NCBI RefSeq assembly: GCF_000143415.4
Contig: NW_003314371.1
Location: 472,788 to 536,787, forward strand
Direction of reading: 5' to 3'
Origin: Selaginella moellendorffii
Taxonomy: Eukaryota > Plantae > Lycopodiophyta
DNA length: 64,000 nt
Of this stretch, positions 60,236 through 64,000 are shown one piece after another. How positions within the stretch are numbered: the stretch's first letter is position 1; the number at the start of each line of letters is the position of its first letter. The position numbers were made by a program, and so were the translations under genes. The notes beneath the pieces are model-generated. The model did not search any database and was not told the origin of the DNA. It worked only from the letters and a program-made list of their open reading frames with translations.

Positions 60236-62256
60236 TCACAGAGTGTAGCAGTCCAAGTGGTGATTATTCTGAGTGGCATTGCATGCTCGAGCTGGCCCAA
60301 AGATCAGCTCCACGCAAAAGTTTTGGCCGATTATCGATCGTCCGTTCCTAGTCACCTTGTCGAGATCGCCTTTGCCCAGCTGCCAAACATTCCAATCATC
60401 AGATCTAGCACTTTCTTTGCTTTTTGGCAGAGAATTCTAGCCTCTTTTGCTTACCTGCATCATGCTACCCGATATAAAGTAAGTGTTGAAGCAAAAGTAG
60501 AAGAGCCTTCCACCGTTTTTGTTGTAGAAAATCGCCCTCACATCGCCTGATACCTGGATTTGCAAGGTTTCATGTCAAAAAAGCCCTGGAAACGAACGAA
60601 AACGATGCCACTCACGCATATAGGCTTGTCGAAGTAATGGTCGAGGCAGTCCTTCTTCAAGAGGTTCGGCCTCTCCGTGTCCATCTGGACGACGAAGCGC
60701 GGTTGATTCTCCTTGCTCTTCTCATCGCCTTCCTTTGGGAGGAAGGATAAGTAGTAGCGTGGACTTACTGTGCGAACAAATCCTTTCTTCAACGGCTCGC
60801 ACAGCCCCGACGCAATCTCCACGGGAGACTTGTAGAGCTCTCCTGGCTCCTGCATCAAGTCAGTCCCGAGACGTGATTGCTTGGAGATAGTTGAGCACGA
60901 CGATAGATTGTTACGTACCTCTTGGATTTCCTTGATCGAAAACTTCACAGCATCCGTCGAATTTGTATCATACAGACGAATCCTTCGCAGTTCTCGGGGC
61001 TTTGGAGGTGGAATACGAACGTCCGGGACACCTCCATCGCTCGGAAAGACAAGGATTTTACTCCAGTAGCGAACATACCTTCGCTGGCTCGGGATCGTCA
61101 CCTGGAAAGCTCTAGCTGGTGAGTTTCGAGAAAAAAAGAAAAGAAAAGAAGAAAAGTCTAATGCCAGGCTTCTTACTCCTTGGTTATTATATGTGCGACG
61201 ACTCCCATACAACTGCAAAGCTTCCTCGGCTGGCATTCCTTTGTACACGAGATACGCGCAAACCATCAAGCCCGTCCGGCCTTTCCCAGCCTGTGCAGAC
61301 ACAAAGGCAGAAAATAATCAAACATGGAGAGCGTTTTGGTACGAGCAATGTAGCTGCCAAGCTACGAGACAAAATGCCAAACTCTGGAACAAAGTGGAAT
61401 ACAAAGTCTAAAATCTAGGCTTACTTTGCAGTGGATCACCGCCACGTTCCGAGGGTCCTGTAGAAGCCAATCCTCCACGCTCTCGCAGAAGAGCTGGATG
61501 AGCGACAGTGGCGGTACGTGCATATCGTCGAAGGGAAACGTCTCGACTCGGCCATGGAAGCTGCCGGGATCATAGCTGCATTCCACGCAGAGATTGTAAA
61601 CCTGGTGGAAGAAGAAAAACCCATCAGGAAAGGAAATCTATGATACCAAGTTGGAAGAGAGAAATGAAAAAGCTTACTTTGTAGTAAGATCCGTGCTTGA
61701 CGTCGAGCGCTCGCTGGACTTGCCACATAGGATTCCGATACATGGCGGTCATGTCCTCGGCGGGGAAGGACATGGCCACGAGTCTGTCCGTGATGTAGGA
61801 CATATCCAAGTTATAGCCCCCGAGAACAAGGCGGCGGCGCTCCTTGGAGACGAGGCTCCGGAGATAGTGCGACCCGGCAATGAATTCGATAAGCCTTCCT
61901 TTGAGGAATCCTCCATGGTTTGTCAATTGCCCGCCACCACCAGCAAGAGAGTGCTTGGCCCCCGTCGTGCCTTTGTTGTTCTTCCTCTTTTCCTTGTGCT
62001 TCCTCTCCCTACTATGGAGAATATCGAGACGAGAGAATCGCTACTTGTCCTTGGCGAGAGGCCCTGCTACATTGTTGCATCCCTGCTGCTTCCTGCCCGA
62101 TAGGAACGATTCCACGCACCCCTTCCTGAATTTGCACTTCCGGCCTTGCCCGATGCTAAGCGGCAGTGAGGGCGCCACTGGAACCGCGGCAACGGCGCTC
62201 ACAGCCACGGCCGCTGCCCAAGCGGGAGATCGCGGATCGATCTTGACGGATTCCAA
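60236..62256 (-). CDS. PTEN1: PTEN phosphatase (PTEN1-like), multi-exon; start codon not identified
   Basis: LRSLVSKERRRLVLGGYNLDMSYITDR..SFPAE..YRNP, YNLCVE, FPFDD, HCK|AGKGRTG active site, VTIPSQRRYV, and C2-like GDVRAIF..FCFNT. Confidence 0.88.
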
Positions 62257-62873
62257 GGCGGGCGGATGAGCGCTGCGGGAATTTGACCGCGCGGAGCACC
62301 AATGCGGCCGGCTTACATCCGATGCCGCGTGAAATTCGCGATAAGTGACCCCGATCTGAGCTCCCGATCGACGATCTAGCTAGCCTAGCGCCTCTCCTCT
62401 CCAATCGCTCCGAGGACGCACAGACACACAATCACGGACACCCAAATCCCTAGGTTGCTGCCAGCCGTTGATAGCATGCCCGGTTATCTAATGGCCACGA
62501 TAACAGCACTCCCCGTGGCCGTCCAATTTACAACGTACGGTCGCGATGCAAAGGCGGCCGTCCACGTGTCCTTTTTGCCACGTTGGATTTCCGGACGTTG
62601 CGTAACACACCATGTGTCCTTGGAGATTTGACTTTCTCCAAAAACCCAAAAACTCTCTCTCGCGTCCCTCGCTCTCACGAAGAAATACGCAAACAAAAAC
62701 ACGTCTTTTTTTACATTTTCATGTTCTGGGTCATGATCTTGGCGAAGTTTCGTAAGCTAGATAATTGCCAGCAAGGAGTTTGCTGCGTGATCACTACTGG
62801 ATGATGCGTGTCCCACATTGTCCGATTCGTGAATGCTGCGCTGCGCAAATTCCCTGTAGTGATTGCCGCAAAG

Positions 62874-63618
62874 CTAGCTTCCACGAGGAGCTGGAAAAAA
62901 AAAGAGAAGCGTTTGATTGATCACGCGAGCTTCTGGATGAAACTTTTGGAAATGGAATGGAAAGTTTTACGTACCTTGCGGCTTGGTCGTGGTGGTGGCT
63001 TTGGGATCCTCTTCGCTCTTGGGTGTTTTCTTCTCCGTGGAAGCTCCCCTGTTCTTGAGCTCCGGGATGCCCAGCTCCTCCGCGAGATCGCCCTTGACGC
63101 TCTCGTGGAAAGGATCCATGCCTTCCTCGCTGGCGGCGTGGCCGAACCCCTCCTCGACTGACCTCGTCGCGTACTTGTCCCCGTACGCTTCAAACATAAA
63201 CTCCCGGCTGCGAAAGAAAGGAATTTTTTTTTTTTTTACGATGATCAGCGAAGTTCTCATCACGAGGAAATAAATGCTTCGCTCATTAAAATCTTTGGCC
63301 TAAAAGCTCTCACGGGAAGAATGCACGATCACGGAATGCCTATCGAAATTTCGAGAAATGCCAGTACCTGGATTTGGCGCCTTCTTTCCCGGCCTCCAGC
63401 GGCTGCTGGTTAGATGGATTCACAGGCTGATGGAGATTGTGCTCCTTCTTCGTGCCCTCCCGCTGATCCATCGCCTTGCAGCAAACGAAGCTCCGGCCGC
63501 GCGAAGGAGGAGGAGGAGGAGCAAGAAAGATGAGCGGCGATGGAGGACGATAGATCGACGCCGCTACCGCCGAGCCGAAGACCTGCTGGCGAAGAAATGA
63601 GGCTGAGAAGGGCAACAT
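62874..63618 (-). CDS. Small hydrophilic uncharacterised plant protein with transit-peptide-like N-terminus; ends approximate
   Basis: Exons 63618-~63370 and ~63205-62975. The motif YGDKYATRSVEEGFG resembles a small plant protein family I recall but cannot name. Confidence 0.5.
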
Positions 63619-63719
63619 CGTGTTCTTCCCTCGATTGGGTTAGGGCTTACCTTGTATCGACGCGTGGCCTCCTGCATGGCCAACACGTGTCATGGAGAAG
63701 ATTCTGGGGTATATGCTGC

Positions 63720-63746
63720 TAGGGTTTTGGTAGGGTTTGCGGGAAA
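63720..63746 (+). promoter_or_regulatory. Two telo-boxes (TAGGGTTT) and an E2F site (GCGGGAAA = TTTCCCGC reversed) just upstream of RFC2
   Basis: Direct motif matches at 63720, 63731 and 63739-63746. Confidence 0.6.
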
Positions 63747-64000
63747 TGGCGTCCCGAGAGGAGTATGATCTTCCGTGGGTGGAGAAGTATCGCCCGCAGA
63801 AGCTCGCGGATGTGGTTGGGAACCAGGATGCGATCGGGAGGCTCCAGGTGATTGCTCGCGATGGCAACATGCCCAACCTCATCTTCTCGGTCAGTGAAAT
63901 GCGATCCCGATTGAAATGCTCGATTCTCAATCGCGTTTTGTGTGTGTCAAGGGTCCTCCCGGGATTGGGAAGACGACGTGCATTATGGCGATGGCTCACG
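63746..64000 (+). CDS. RFC2: Replication factor C small subunit (RFC2-like), 5' part; runs off the window
   Basis: PWVEKYRP..DVVGN..RLQVIARDGNMPNLIFS|GPPGIGKTT (Walker A). Confidence 0.9.
   Translation, partial: MASREEYDLPWVEKYRPQKLADVVGNQDAIGRLQVIARDGNMPNLIFSVSEMRSRLKCSILNRVLCVSRVLPGLGRRRALWRWLT

Overview
Eukaryotic, very gene-dense land-plant DNA. Introns of about 46-70 bp, intronless PLS-class PPR genes and intronless microbial-type terpene synthases (MTPSL) point to the lycophyte Selaginella; this is an inference, as no search was run. Bases 1-17 kb hold compact genes: ATG13, an amidohydrolase, a secreted (GDEPKPNP)n repeat protein, an EamA-like transporter, ferroportin, a lipase, a PRUNE-like exopolyphosphatase and a PPR. 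Bases 13.7-26.1 kb are a ~6 kb tandem duplication of [PRUNE 3' half - PPR - MTPSL - CYP71-clan P450]. Both MTPSLs stayed intact, and the second sits head-to-head with an intact P450 only 241 bp away. This is the best candidate for an undescribed system: a microbial-type terpene synthase/P450 biosynthetic module. A second intact paralogous P450 and a P450 pseudogene lie at 56-60 kb. Bases 26.3-43.6 kb are a nested retrotransposon island: a decayed Ty3/gypsy, a long-LTR family, a TRIM inserted exactly into a primer-binding site, a 1.7 kb near-perfect inverted repeat, and a 5S-rRNA-carrying Cassandra-type solo LTR. Bases 43.8-64 kb carry an MS5/SDI1-like TPR gene, Maf, an EEF1AKMT4-like methyltransferase with decayed copies, orphan trypsin-fold genes, a PPR, the P450s, PTEN, an unknown gene and the start of RFC2. 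Exon boundaries were read by eye and some gene ends are approximate.
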